NCBI GenBank assembly: GCA_964352425.1
Contig: CAYGRZ010000002.1
Coordinates: 18,240 to 82,239 of the forward strand
From: an uncultured Planctomycetia bacterium
GTDB taxonomy: Bacteria; Omnitrophota; Gorgyraeia; 2-01-FULL-45-10
Length of the DNA stretch: 64,000 nucleotides
Direction of reading: 5' to 3'
The position numbers and the translations under genes are program-made. The notes beneath the pieces were generated by a model, which worked only from the letters and a program-made list of their open reading frames with translations, was not told the origin of the DNA and did not search any database. Position 1 is the first letter of the stretch. Every line of letters begins with the position of its first letter. Shown in pieces: positions 9,629 through 19,023 of the stretch.

Positions 9629-11179
9629 GTGAAGAAGCTCGTCGTTGTGCGGCGCATTTCGCAGGGGCTCTTTCTGGCGCTCTTCATCCATATCCTGTGG
9701 TCAACCACGTATCCGCTCACAGGGTTCTTTCCGCCGTCCACGTTCTTTGTCACGGATCCTCTCCTCATCATCATGACGAGCGTTGCCGAGCGCATCGTTT
9801 TGCCGGGGCTCGTTTTTGCGCTGGGAATGACCGGCCTTGCGCTGGTCCTCGGCAGGGTCTTCTGCGGGTGGGCCTGCCCGCTGGGGACATCGATCGATAT
9901 CGCGGGCGCTTGTCGCCGCCGGCGGCCCGGAACGGAGCCGACCGATATGCAAAATAGGGCGGTCCGGCGGATAAAATTTATCCTGCTCGCCTTGATAACC
10001 GCCGCTGCTTTCGCCGGAAAGCAGGTGGCCTGGATATTCGATCCGATCGTGCTCGCCGCGCGGTTCGTCTCGCTGAACCTCATACCGGCGGCCACCGCGG
10101 CGATAAAAGCTGTTTTCGTGATCGGCCTACGCGACCTCAAGCTCGGCGGGAGCGTGCGCGACTTTTACCACGCGCTGAAACCGACCGTCCTCGGCGTGAA
10201 GACGATGTACTTTCCGCATGCGGGCCTCATCCTGGCGTATTTTCTCGTCGTGGTGCTCGCCTCGCTCTTTATTAGCCGCCTCTGGTGCCGCGGCCTGTGC
10301 CCACTCGGCGCGTTCTACTCACTTGTCGGGCGCTGTGCGCCGCTCCACCGGACGGTGGATGTATGCACGCAGTGCGGCAGGTGCAGGGCTGCCTGCCGCA
10401 CCGGCGCGATTCGGGATGACCTGACCTACGCGAAGGGCGAATGCGTGCTGTGCATGGACTGCGTGTATGCGTGCCCTCCGCACGGGACCCGGTTCACGTT
10501 CGAGCGGACGGCATCTCGGGCAGTGCGGGCCCCGCAGGTCAGGCCGTCAAAAGACTCAGGCGGCGGCGTTACGCGCACACAATTCCTGATGCTTATGTTC
10601 TCCTCGCTTGCCCTTCTCGGCTTTAAGCGCAGGCAGCTCGAGCCCGTCACCGACAGCGGCAGCGCCGGTAGCACGGTCATACGGCCGCCCGCGGCGCTCG
10701 AAGAAAAAGATTTCATCGGCCGGTGCGTGCGGTGCGGCAACTGCATGAAGGTCTGCATTACTAACGGCCTCCAGCCGGCGATGTTCGAAGCGGGATACGA
10801 CGGGATCTGGACGCCGCGCCTGGTCCCCGAGATAGGGTACTGCGAGTACCGCTGCACGCTCTGCGGCACTACCTGCCCGACAGGAGCGATACCGAAGATC
10901 ACCCTTGAGCAGAAGATGCTGACCCCCCTCGGCGTGGCCGAGGTCGACCGTAGCTTGTGCATACCGTGGGCGGAGGGCAAGGAATGCATCGTCTGCCAGG
11001 AGCACTGCCCGGTCCCGGAGAAGGCGATCATGCTGGACCGCGAGGGCGGCGGCGTGCAGAAGCCGCGCGTTTCGGAAGAGCTCTGCGTGGGCTGCGGCAT
11101 CTGCCAGTATAAATGTCCGATACGGCCGGCGCGCGCGATACGGGTTGTGCCCAGGAACAGCTACAGAACAAAAATATAA
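9629..11179 (+). CDS. Membrane-bound polyferredoxin (NapH/MauN family 4Fe-4S binding protein)
   Basis: N-terminal TM region with a CGWACPLG motif and a second LWCRGLCPLG motif, plus about six CxxCxxCxxxCP ferredoxin motifs. GTG start. Confidence 0.75.
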   Translation: MKKLVVVRRISQGLFLALFIHILWSTTYPLTGFFPPSTFFVTDPLLIIMTSVAERIVLPGLVFALGMTGLALVLGRVFCGWACPLGTSIDIAGACRRRRPGTEPTDMQNRAVRRIKFILLALITAAAFAGKQVAWIFDPIVLAARFVSLNLIPAATAAIKAVFVIGLRDLKLGGSVRDFYHALKPTVLGVKTMYFPHAGLILAYFLVVVLASLFISRLWCRGLCPLGAFYSLVGRCAPLHRTVDVCTQCGRCRAACRTGAIRDDLTYAKGECVLCMDCVYACPPHGTRFTFERTASRAVRAPQVRPSKDSGGGVTRTQFLMLMFSSLALLGFKRRQLEPVTDSGSAGSTVIRPPAALEEKDFIGRCVRCGNCMKVCITNGLQPAMFEAGYDGIWTPRLVPEIGYCEYRCTLCGTTCPTGAIPKITLEQKMLTPLGVAEVDRSLCIPWAEGKECIVCQEHCPVPEKAIMLDREGGGVQKPRVSEELCVGCGICQYKCPIRPARAIRVVPRNSYRTKI

Positions 11180-11187
11180 TCTTCCTC

Positions 11188-11215
11188 TTGCTTTTTTTGA
11201 TTGGTAATGTATAAT
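11188..11215 (+). promoter_or_regulatory. Candidate sigma70 promoter TTGCTT-16-TATAAT for the Cys-rich mini-protein gene
   Basis: Hexamers read directly. AAGGAGG RBS follows at 11228-11234. Confidence 0.45.
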
Positions 11216-11241
11216 ATACAGATAAAGAAGGAGGTCGTAGT

Positions 11242-11547
11242 ATGAAGAAAATGGTTGTGTTAGCGGTTGTGGTGGCGTTCGCCCTCAGCGCAATGCCCCT
11301 CTTTGCCGCAGAGAGCACTTGCGCGAAGTGCGGACAGAGCGTAGCGTGCGAGAAATGCCCGAGGAGCCCGTTCCAGGCTATAGCGGATACCGTAAATTGC
11401 ATGAAACCGCCCCCGCGCGGCTGCGGACAGGTGCCGAAGCTGATCCCGGTCCCGTGCAAAGACGTATCGATCTTCAATGATACGGCCTGCGCGTTGCAGA
11501 AAACCGGCAAGTGCGGCTGCCCGGCTTGCAAGAGTAACTGCAAATAG
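11242..11547 (+). CDS. Secreted cysteine-rich small protein (12 Cys in a ~79-aa mature region)
   Basis: Signal peptide MKKMVVLAVVVAFALSAMPLFA. Mature part contains CAKC, CEKC, KCGCPACKSNC and other Cys. Own promoter, strong RBS and terminator. Confidence 0.6.
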   Translation: MKKMVVLAVVVAFALSAMPLFAAESTCAKCGQSVACEKCPRSPFQAIADTVNCMKPPPRGCGQVPKLIPVPCKDVSIFNDTACALQKTGKCGCPACKSNCK

Positions 11548-11571
11548 TCATCATAAGTTCTTAGTTGTTTA

Positions 11572-11615
11572 AAGACACTACCGGTCTTTGCGGCCGGTGG
11601 TGTCTTTATGCTTTA
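11572..11615 (+). terminator. Rho-independent terminator after the Cys-rich protein gene
   Basis: Stem AAGACACTACCGG/CCGGTGGTGTCTT followed by TTTATGCTTT. Confidence 0.55.
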
Positions 11616-11698
11616 AGGGGTTCTACGCCTGGCGACTTTACCCTTGTCGCTGCACCCGCCTTCTGATATAATTGTTCCAAAATAATCATAAGGAAGCG

Positions 11699-12694
11699 AT
11701 GTCCGAACTCCGCTATAATCTCTTAACCCGCGATTGGGTCATCATCGCCAGCGAACGCGCCAAACGGCCCAGCGACTTCAGGAAGCCGAAGGCCGAAAAA
11801 GCGCCGCTCCCCAAATTCAGGAAAGACTGCCCGTTCTGCCCCGGTAATGAAGGTGATCGCAGCGACGAGACGTTCCGCCTCGGTGACACAACCGCCTGGC
11901 GCACGCGCGTCATGTACAATAAATTCCCGGCTCTGGTGCCCACTGTCAAAAAGGAACGCGAAACAAGCCGGTCCTACAAGCGCATCAGCGGTTTCGGCGT
12001 CCACGAAGTCATCGTCGAGCATCCCGACCACAATACCTGCATTCCCCTCATGAAGGAGAGCGCGGTCGAGGACATCATCCGCACGTACCGCAGCCGGTAT
12101 GTCGACATCCAGAAGATAGACGGCATAGAAGCGATCACGATCTTCAAGAACCACGGCGTGGCCGCGGGGACATCGCAGGAGCACCCCCATTCCCAGCTCG
12201 TCGCCACACCCGTCGTCCCGCACCACATACGGAACATCCTCGAGAACACCCTTGCGTGCTACGACGTGACGGGGCAGTGCATGCTCTGCCAGATGCTCGA
12301 GGAAGAGCTTGCCGGAAAGAAGAGGATCGTCCTCGAGACGGAGCATTTCGTGTCGTTCCTGCCGTACGCGGGCGCCGCACCGCTGGCCATGTCGATCTAC
12401 CCGCGCCGCCACGCCGCCGCCTTTGACGACATCACCGACGCGGAGATACGGGACCTCGCCGCAAACCTCAAGGCGACGCTCGCCAAGCTCTACATCGGCC
12501 TTGACGATCCCGATTACAACTTCACGGTCCGCTCGGCGCCTGTGCGCGAGAAATGGCGCGAATCGTTCCACTGGTATCTATCCATCATCCCGCGGCTTAC
12601 CAACCCGGCGGGGTTCGAGCTCGGCTCTGGCATGTTCATCAACGCGTCGATCCCGGAGGAGAGCGCGGAGTTCCTGCGGCAGGTCAAGATATGA
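11699..12694 (+). CDS. GalT-like HIT-family nucleotidyltransferase (galactose-1-phosphate uridylyltransferase-like)
   Basis: CPFCPGNE zinc motif and HPHSQ catalytic His-x-His-x-Gln motif. ATG at 11699 follows an AAGGAAG RBS. A TATAAT at 11664-11672 argues against the upstream ATG at 11672. Confidence 0.7.
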   Translation: MSELRYNLLTRDWVIIASERAKRPSDFRKPKAEKAPLPKFRKDCPFCPGNEGDRSDETFRLGDTTAWRTRVMYNKFPALVPTVKKERETSRSYKRISGFGVHEVIVEHPDHNTCIPLMKESAVEDIIRTYRSRYVDIQKIDGIEAITIFKNHGVAAGTSQEHPHSQLVATPVVPHHIRNILENTLACYDVTGQCMLCQMLEEELAGKKRIVLETEHFVSFLPYAGAAPLAMSIYPRRHAAAFDDITDAEIRDLAANLKATLAKLYIGLDDPDYNFTVRSAPVREKWRESFHWYLSIIPRLTNPAGFELGSGMFINASIPEESAEFLRQVKI

Positions 12695-14082
12695 ATACAT
12701 CCGGATCCGCTGCTATAGGCATCATTCTTTTCGCGGTTCTCGCTAACCCTTTCTGCGCGACGTGCGGGGAGATCGGCGAATACGGCGTGGTCGGCCAGGC
12801 CAATGAGGTCGGCGAAGCCGGCGGCAGGGTTCTCGCGATACAAGACGCGATAAGCGTCGCCTTCATAAATAATAAATCGATCCAGATACAGGAACAGGAG
12901 ATAGAGTATGCCAGGGCCGGTATCATGTACGCCAGGAGCAGTTTCCTGCCGCAGGTGAGCGCCGAGTACTCGTACACTTTTAACAGCTCCGTATTCTATT
13001 CTGATTCCTGGCCCGGCCACAGGACCGACACCAGGATATATTCCGGTTTTAAGAACGACAACGCCGCAGGCCTGTCGGCGCAGCAAATAGTGTATAACGG
13101 CGGCGCCAACATAGCGGAGCTCCAGCAGGCGAAGGTGCAGCTGAAGATCCAGAACGAGACGCTGCGCGCCACGAAACTCGACGTCGAGTTTGATGTCAAG
13201 AGGCTCTTCTACGGCCTCCTCCTGGCGTACGAAACGCTGCGGATAGCGGGGGACCTCGTCGACCAGGCCCAGGCTCATTATGACGAAACGAGCCTGATGT
13301 ACGGCCAGGGGACCGCCTCGAAATTCGACGTCCTGCAGTCGAAGACGCAGGTTGCGATCCTCATCCCGCAGCTCGTGAAGGCCCAGAACGCCATCGACCA
13401 GATAATGCCGGAATTCAAGAAGTCACTCGGCGCGAACATGAAGGATCCCATCCGGGTCAAGGGAGAGCTTGCGCACACCGAGATACCGATACAGGAAGAA
13501 GAATTCCTGCAGGAGGCATACAGGAACAACCCGCAGATGATACTGAAGTTGCTCGGGGTCGACCTGAACAAGTGGGCGATAGAGCTCGCGCGGGCCGGCT
13601 GGCTTCCCCAGGTGAACGCCAGCGGGAATTACATGTACCGGACCGACAACGTGAACGACATGGTCAATCCGCGCCACAATCTCTGGTCCGTCGGCATTAC
13701 GGCATCGGTCGCGGTCTTCGACGGGTTCGCCACAAAGGCGAAGGTAGACGAAGCGAAGGCGAAGTACGCGCAGGCCGGCCTGCGGAAAGAGGATATCATG
13801 GACCAGCTGGTAGTCGATATCAAGAGTGCCTGCGTCGGCCTGAAGCAGGCGAAGGCGATCATAGATTCGCAGAAGGACAGCATCGCGGAAGCGGAAGAGG
13901 CCCTGAGGCTTTCCAGGGTAAGATACGAAAACGGCGTCGGCATCAATCTCGATATCTTCGACGCCGAGGTGTCGCTTGCACAGATCCAGCAGAATCTGGC
14001 GCAAGGCGTATATGACTATATAATGGCAAAGGCCCAACTGGACAAGACGGTCGGGCGGCAGTTTTCCGAAAGGGGTAATTAA
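12691..14082 (+). CDS. TolC family outer-membrane efflux protein
   Basis: Signal peptide, then repeated helical and beta-barrel segments typical of OMF proteins. Start overlaps the GalT-like stop (ATGA). Confidence 0.75.
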   Translation: MNTSGSAAIGIILFAVLANPFCATCGEIGEYGVVGQANEVGEAGGRVLAIQDAISVAFINNKSIQIQEQEIEYARAGIMYARSSFLPQVSAEYSYTFNSSVFYSDSWPGHRTDTRIYSGFKNDNAAGLSAQQIVYNGGANIAELQQAKVQLKIQNETLRATKLDVEFDVKRLFYGLLLAYETLRIAGDLVDQAQAHYDETSLMYGQGTASKFDVLQSKTQVAILIPQLVKAQNAIDQIMPEFKKSLGANMKDPIRVKGELAHTEIPIQEEEFLQEAYRNNPQMILKLLGVDLNKWAIELARAGWLPQVNASGNYMYRTDNVNDMVNPRHNLWSVGITASVAVFDGFATKAKVDEAKAKYAQAGLRKEDIMDQLVVDIKSACVGLKQAKAIIDSQKDSIAEAEEALRLSRVRYENGVGINLDIFDAEVSLAQIQQNLAQGVYDYIMAKAQLDKTVGRQFSERGN

Positions 14083-14972
14083 TGGCATTAAATGTAAAAG
14101 AAGCGTTGAAAGATAAAAGCCCGGAGGCGGTCAAGAAGCGCAGGAAAAGAGCGCTCGGCGTGCTTCTCCTGGCCGTCATCGTGATAACTGCCGCGTCATT
14201 CGGCATGGCGACGTTCAGGAAAATAGAGGCCGGCAGAGTCATCAAGGTCTCAGGCAACATCGAGGGTAACGAAGTGCGCATCTCGTTCAGGGTCGCCGGG
14301 CAGATCACGGAGCTCCAGGCCGATGAAGGTTCGGTACTGAAGGTCGGAGACATCGTAGCCAATCTCGACAAGTCTCCGCTTATCAAACAGAGGGATGAGG
14401 CCGCGGCCGCGCTGAGGCTCGCCAGGTCCCAATACGAGCTCGACCAGCTCGACTACGTGCGCGCCGAGAACCTCTTCAGGGAAGGTGCCATCTCCGCCCA
14501 GCAGCGCGACGCGGCTAAGACGAAGGCGGATAATGACAGCGCCGATATTGAGCGGCTCATGGCAGCGTTGGAGCTGGCGGAACTGAACCTCGCCTGGGCG
14601 GACCTATCCTCGCCGCTGAACGGCTACATAACGGTCAAGAGCGCGCTTGCCGGCGAAAACGTGCAGGTGGGCGCGCCGGTCTTCACGGCGATAGACTTAA
14701 ACGACGTCTGGGTGAGCGCTTATGTCGACGAGAGGGACCTCGGCCGCGTGAAGCTGAACCAGAAAGCGGAGGTGAAGATAGACGGTTTCCCGTTCAAGAA
14801 ATATAAGGGCCGGATATCCTTCATATCGCAGCAGACGGAATTTACCCCGAAATATATCCAGACGACCAAGGAGAGGGTAAAGTACGTGTACCGTATAAAG
14901 GTGAAGTGCGACAACTCGAGCCTTGATCTGAAGCCGGGGATGCCCGCCGACGCGTATATCATGCTCGAGTAA
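14082..14972 (+). CDS. HlyD-family membrane fusion protein (efflux adaptor subunit)
   Basis: N-terminal TM anchor, coiled coil and beta-barrel/lipoyl regions. Overlaps the TolC stop by 1 nt. Confidence 0.8.
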   Translation: MALNVKEALKDKSPEAVKKRRKRALGVLLLAVIVITAASFGMATFRKIEAGRVIKVSGNIEGNEVRISFRVAGQITELQADEGSVLKVGDIVANLDKSPLIKQRDEAAAALRLARSQYELDQLDYVRAENLFREGAISAQQRDAAKTKADNDSADIERLMAALELAELNLAWADLSSPLNGYITVKSALAGENVQVGAPVFTAIDLNDVWVSAYVDERDLGRVKLNQKAEVKIDGFPFKKYKGRISFISQQTEFTPKYIQTTKERVKYVYRIKVKCDNSSLDLKPGMPADAYIMLE

Positions 14973-14973
14973 T

Positions 14974-15720
14974 ATGTCCGTCATAAAAGCGGTCAATCTC
15001 ACCCGGAAGTTCAGCAATCTCACCGCAGTCAATGAGCTTAACCTCGACATCCCCGAAGGCGAGATCTTCGGCCTCGTCGGGCCCGACGGCGCCGGCAAGA
15101 CGACGACGATGCGCCTTCTCACCGGCATCCTCGATCCCACATCAGGCGAAGGCTGGGTCTACGGTAAACATATCGTCAAAGACGCCGAGGTCCTGAAAGA
15201 CAATATCGCCTACATGTCCCAGCGGTTCGGCCTTTACGAAGACCTGACCGTCATGGAGAACGTCAATTTCTACGCCGATCTCTTCGGCGTATCAGGGCCG
15301 GAGCGGCCGAAAAAAATAGAAGAGCTCCTGGGTTTCAGCAACCTGACGCCGTTCAAGGAGAGATTGGCCGGCAAGCTCTCCGGCGGCATGAAACAGAAAC
15401 TCGGCCTTGCCTGCGCGCTCATACACACGCCGCGCGTCCTCTTCCTGGACGAGCCGACGAATGGCGTCGACCCCGTCTCGAGGCGCGACTTCTGGCGCAT
15501 CCTTCACCAGCTCCTTAAAGAAAAAGTGACTATACTCTATTCGACTTCGTACCTCGACGAGGCCGAGCGGTGCAAAAGGGTGGGGCTCCTCCATAAGGGA
15601 CAGCTCCTCAGGTGCGATACGCCCGATGCAATAAAGAAAGAGAAGAACGCCAGGTCGCTCGAGGAGGCGTTCATAGCGATCGTCAACGAATATGAGTCCG
15701 AGCATGGATCAAAAACCTGA
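14974..15720 (+). CDS. ABC transporter ATP-binding protein (ABC-2 type efflux)
   Basis: Walker A GPDGAGKTT, signature LSGGMKQKL, Walker B LFLDEPT. Confidence 0.85.
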   Translation: MSVIKAVNLTRKFSNLTAVNELNLDIPEGEIFGLVGPDGAGKTTTMRLLTGILDPTSGEGWVYGKHIVKDAEVLKDNIAYMSQRFGLYEDLTVMENVNFYADLFGVSGPERPKKIEELLGFSNLTPFKERLAGKLSGGMKQKLGLACALIHTPRVLFLDEPTNGVDPVSRRDFWRILHQLLKEKVTILYSTSYLDEAERCKRVGLLHKGQLLRCDTPDAIKKEKNARSLEEAFIAIVNEYESEHGSKT

Positions 15721-16660
15721 AGTTGCGGTCAGCGTCGATAAGCTGGAGAAGCGGTTCGGCAGTTTCACCGCCGTCAACAAGATAAGCTTCGATGTCAAGC
15801 GCGGTGAGATCTTCGGCTTTCTCGGCCCGAACGGCGCCGGAAAATCGACGACCATCAGAATGCTCTGCGGCATACTCACGCCGACCTCCGGGGCGGGCAC
15901 GGTCAGCGGGTTCGACATCATGCGCCAGCAGGAAGAGATCAAGCAGCACATAGGATACATGTCCCAGAAGTTCTCGCTCTACGATGACCTCACCGTCGAA
16001 GAGAACGTCGATTTCTACAGCGGCATCTACAAGGTCCCGAGGCCTGAGCGCGAAAAGCGCAAGGCTGATATCATCAGGATGGCCGGTATCACCGAGTTTA
16101 AGCAGAATCTCACCAGGACGCTCTCCGGCGGCTGGAAACAGCGCCTGGCTCTTGGGTGCGCCATCATACACCAGCCGGGTATAATATTCCTCGATGAGCC
16201 GACGTCAGGCGTCGACCCTATTACGCGCGCGAACTTCTGGGCGATCATCAAGGACATGGCAAGCCGCGGCATCACCGTCTTCGTCACGACCCATTACATG
16301 GACGAGGCCGAGAACTGCAACCGCATGACGCTCATCTACAAGGGCACCATGATCGCCATCGGCACGCCGCAGGAGATGAAGACCAGGGTCATGAAAGACG
16401 AGGTGCTGGAGATTATCATGCCGTCGGCGGAGGACTGGGTTGACAGGGTGGCGAAGGCCAGGGGCGTCAAGGAAGCCGCCCTCTTCAGCACGAAGCTCCA
16501 CGCGGTGGCCGAAGACTCAATGGTCGCGATACCGGCGCTGAAAGAGATGTTCGATGCAGCAGGGGTAACGGGGTATGATATACGGAAGATCCTGCCGTCG
16601 CTCGAAGACGTCTTCGTCTCGTCGATAGAGAATTACGATAAGGAGCATCCGCAAAAGTGA
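15692..16660 (+). CDS. Second ABC transporter ATP-binding protein (ABC-2 type efflux)
   Basis: Walker A GPNGAGKST, signature LSGGWKQRL, Walker B IFLDEPT. Start may be the ATG at 15704. Confidence 0.8.
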   Translation: MSPSMDQKPEVAVSVDKLEKRFGSFTAVNKISFDVKRGEIFGFLGPNGAGKSTTIRMLCGILTPTSGAGTVSGFDIMRQQEEIKQHIGYMSQKFSLYDDLTVEENVDFYSGIYKVPRPEREKRKADIIRMAGITEFKQNLTRTLSGGWKQRLALGCAIIHQPGIIFLDEPTSGVDPITRANFWAIIKDMASRGITVFVTTHYMDEAENCNRMTLIYKGTMIAIGTPQEMKTRVMKDEVLEIIMPSAEDWVDRVAKARGVKEAALFSTKLHAVAEDSMVAIPALKEMFDAAGVTGYDIRKILPSLEDVFVSSIENYDKEHPQK

Positions 16661-17787
16661 ACCTCGTGCGCGTTAATGCGGTGGCGAAGAAAGAGTTCAT
16701 CCAGATATGGCGGGATCCGCGAAGCCTGAGCCTGGGGCTCGCCATCCCGATGATCCTTATCGTGCTCTTCGGCTATGCCCTCTCGCTCGATATCGACCAC
16801 GTGCCGATGGTCGTCTGGAACCAGGATAAATCAAAGGCGTCGGTCGATTTTCTGCTCAATTTCAAAAACTCACGATATTTCAGCATAAACGCGTACTATG
16901 ACAATTACCGGGACCTCGAGAGGGATATTAATTTCGGCCGTGCCATGATGGCGATGGTCATACCGAAGGATTTTTCGCGTTACCTCCACTCGAACCGGAA
17001 GGCCCCTGTCCAGCTTATCCTCGATGGCAGCGACTCCAATACCGCTACCGTCGCGCTCGGCTACGCGCAGTCGGTCGTCTATGGCTACAACGTGAAGATC
17101 ATCCAGACGGCGGTCCAGGCGGCGGGCGCGCCGCCGGTGAAAGGCGTGGACTTCCGGCCGCGTGTCTGGTTCAACCAGGACTTTGAATCGAAGAATTTCA
17201 TTGTGCCGGGACTCATCGCCATCATCATGATGATCATCGCCGCGCTCCTTACGTCACTTACGATCGCCAGGGAGTGGGAACGCGGCACGATGGAGCAGCT
17301 CATATCAACGCCGGTACGCTCCGCGGAACTCATTGTGGGCAAGTTCATCCCGTATTTTGTGATCGGGCTCATCGACCTCGTGATGTCTGTTCTCATGGGA
17401 AGGTTCGTCTTCGACGTCCCGCTGCGGGGGAATCTGGTCCTGCTCTTTATCACAAGCTCGCTCTTCCTGACGGGGGCGCTCGCCCTCGGGATCTACATCT
17501 CTACGGTCGCGAAAAACCAGCTCATGGCGAGCCAGATGGCGCTCCTGGTATCGTTCCTGCCGACGTTTTTACTCTCGGGCTTCACCTACGAGATATTCAA
17601 TATGCCGAAGGCCGTGCAGGCGTTCACGTATTTTATCCCGGCGCGCTATTTCATCACGATATTGCGGGGCATCTACCTGAAGGATGTCGGGCTGGGTGAC
17701 CTCTGGTTTGAGACGCTGTGCCTGATCATCTTCACGATCCTTGCCGCGGGAGCGGCGATCAGGAAGTTTAAGAAGAAGATAGCGTAA
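16657..17787 (+). CDS. ABC-2 family transporter permease
   Basis: 376 aa, N-terminal TM helix, large periplasmic loop, five C-terminal TM helices. GTG start overlaps the previous stop. Confidence 0.8.
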   Translation: MNLVRVNAVAKKEFIQIWRDPRSLSLGLAIPMILIVLFGYALSLDIDHVPMVVWNQDKSKASVDFLLNFKNSRYFSINAYYDNYRDLERDINFGRAMMAMVIPKDFSRYLHSNRKAPVQLILDGSDSNTATVALGYAQSVVYGYNVKIIQTAVQAAGAPPVKGVDFRPRVWFNQDFESKNFIVPGLIAIIMMIIAALLTSLTIAREWERGTMEQLISTPVRSAELIVGKFIPYFVIGLIDLVMSVLMGRFVFDVPLRGNLVLLFITSSLFLTGALALGIYISTVAKNQLMASQMALLVSFLPTFLLSGFTYEIFNMPKAVQAFTYFIPARYFITILRGIYLKDVGLGDLWFETLCLIIFTILAAGAAIRKFKKKIA

Positions 17788-17799
17788 GAAAGCGATACT

Positions 17800-18930
17800 A
17801 TGTTCGACAGGATACAGGCGCTTCTGGTAAAGGAATTTCTCCAGGTCTTCCGCGACCCGCGGATGAGGATGGTGATATTCATCTCGCCTCTGGTGCAGGT
17901 CCTCATCTTCGGGTACGCCGCGACGATGGACATCACGCACGCGCCGATCGCCGTCTATGACATGGACAACACCAAGCAGTCGCGCGAGATCATCCGCGAC
18001 TTCGATTACACCCCGTATTTTGACATTAAGCACTATGTCTACAACCGCGAGCAGGGCAACACCCTTATCGACGAGTCGAAGGTGCTGGGGCTTCTCAGGT
18101 TCAACCGGGGATTCGCAAAGGACCTCGTCGGGAACCGGTCCGCCGAAGTGCAGATGATCGTCGACGGCACAGATTCGAACGCCGCCTCCATCATATTGGG
18201 ATACGCGAACCAGATCATCATGAGTTATAACTATGACCTGCTGCTGGACCGCGCCGCCGCGCATCTGGCCAGGTACGAGATCAGCCCCCTTGTGGACCTG
18301 CGCGACAGGCGGTGGTTCAACGAGAACCTCGAGTCGCGCAACTACTACCTGCCGGGCGTCATCGTGCTGATCGTGACGATAATGTCGCTCCTCCTGTCGG
18401 CGATGGCGATCGTGCGGGAGAAGGAGATAGGCACGATGGAGCAGCTCATCGTCAGCCCCATACGGCCGGCGGAGCTCATCATCGGCAAGATCGTCCCGTT
18501 CGGCGTGATAGCGCTGGTGCAGGTCATGCTCATCACCACCGTCGGCGTGCTCTGGTTCGGCATCCCGCTCAGGGGGTCGATCCCGCTCCTCCTCATCTGC
18601 ACGATGCTCTATCTTGTGACGACGCTCGGCGCGGGGCTGTTTATCTCAACCATGTGCTCGACACAGCAGGAGGCGATGATGTCGGTCTTCCTCTTCAACT
18701 TCCCGATGACGCTGTTGTCGGGGTTCGCGTACCCGATCGCGAACATGCCGCAGGTCATCCAGTACCTTACGTATCTGAATCCCCAGCGGTATTACCTGAC
18801 GATCGTACGGTATATATTCCTCAAAGGCGTCGGCGTCGAGGTCCTCTGGGACGAGATGCTCGCCCTCCTCATCTTCGGCATCGTCGTCATCACGATGAGC
18901 TCGCTCCGCTTCCAGAAGCGCCTCGGCTGA
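17800..18930 (+). CDS. ABC-2 family transporter permease (paralog)
   Basis: 376 aa with the same architecture as the preceding gene. Confidence 0.8.
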   Translation: MFDRIQALLVKEFLQVFRDPRMRMVIFISPLVQVLIFGYAATMDITHAPIAVYDMDNTKQSREIIRDFDYTPYFDIKHYVYNREQGNTLIDESKVLGLLRFNRGFAKDLVGNRSAEVQMIVDGTDSNAASIILGYANQIIMSYNYDLLLDRAAAHLARYEISPLVDLRDRRWFNENLESRNYYLPGVIVLIVTIMSLLLSAMAIVREKEIGTMEQLIVSPIRPAELIIGKIVPFGVIALVQVMLITTVGVLWFGIPLRGSIPLLLICTMLYLVTTLGAGLFISTMCSTQQEAMMSVFLFNFPMTLLSGFAYPIANMPQVIQYLTYLNPQRYYLTIVRYIFLKGVGVEVLWDEMLALLIFGIVVITMSSLRFQKRLG

Positions 18931-19023
18931 GGCCGGGCGGGGCCCTCTCCTGTTAACATCGTCCCTTGCAAAAGTTAGATTTTGTGCTACACTTGATTTA
19001 AATTTGAAAGGCATAGCCCGACG

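Noticed and set aside
8743-10140. 465-aa minus-strand ORF over the DUF362 and polyferredoxin genes
   Set aside because: Shadow ORF opposite two well-supported plus-strand genes. No domain recognised.
12553-12690. Upstream in-frame extension of the TolC-family ORF (track start 12553)
   Set aside because: The extension overlaps the GalT-like gene in another frame and encodes no signal peptide. The ATG at 12691 is immediately followed by a signal-peptide-like hydrophobic stretch.
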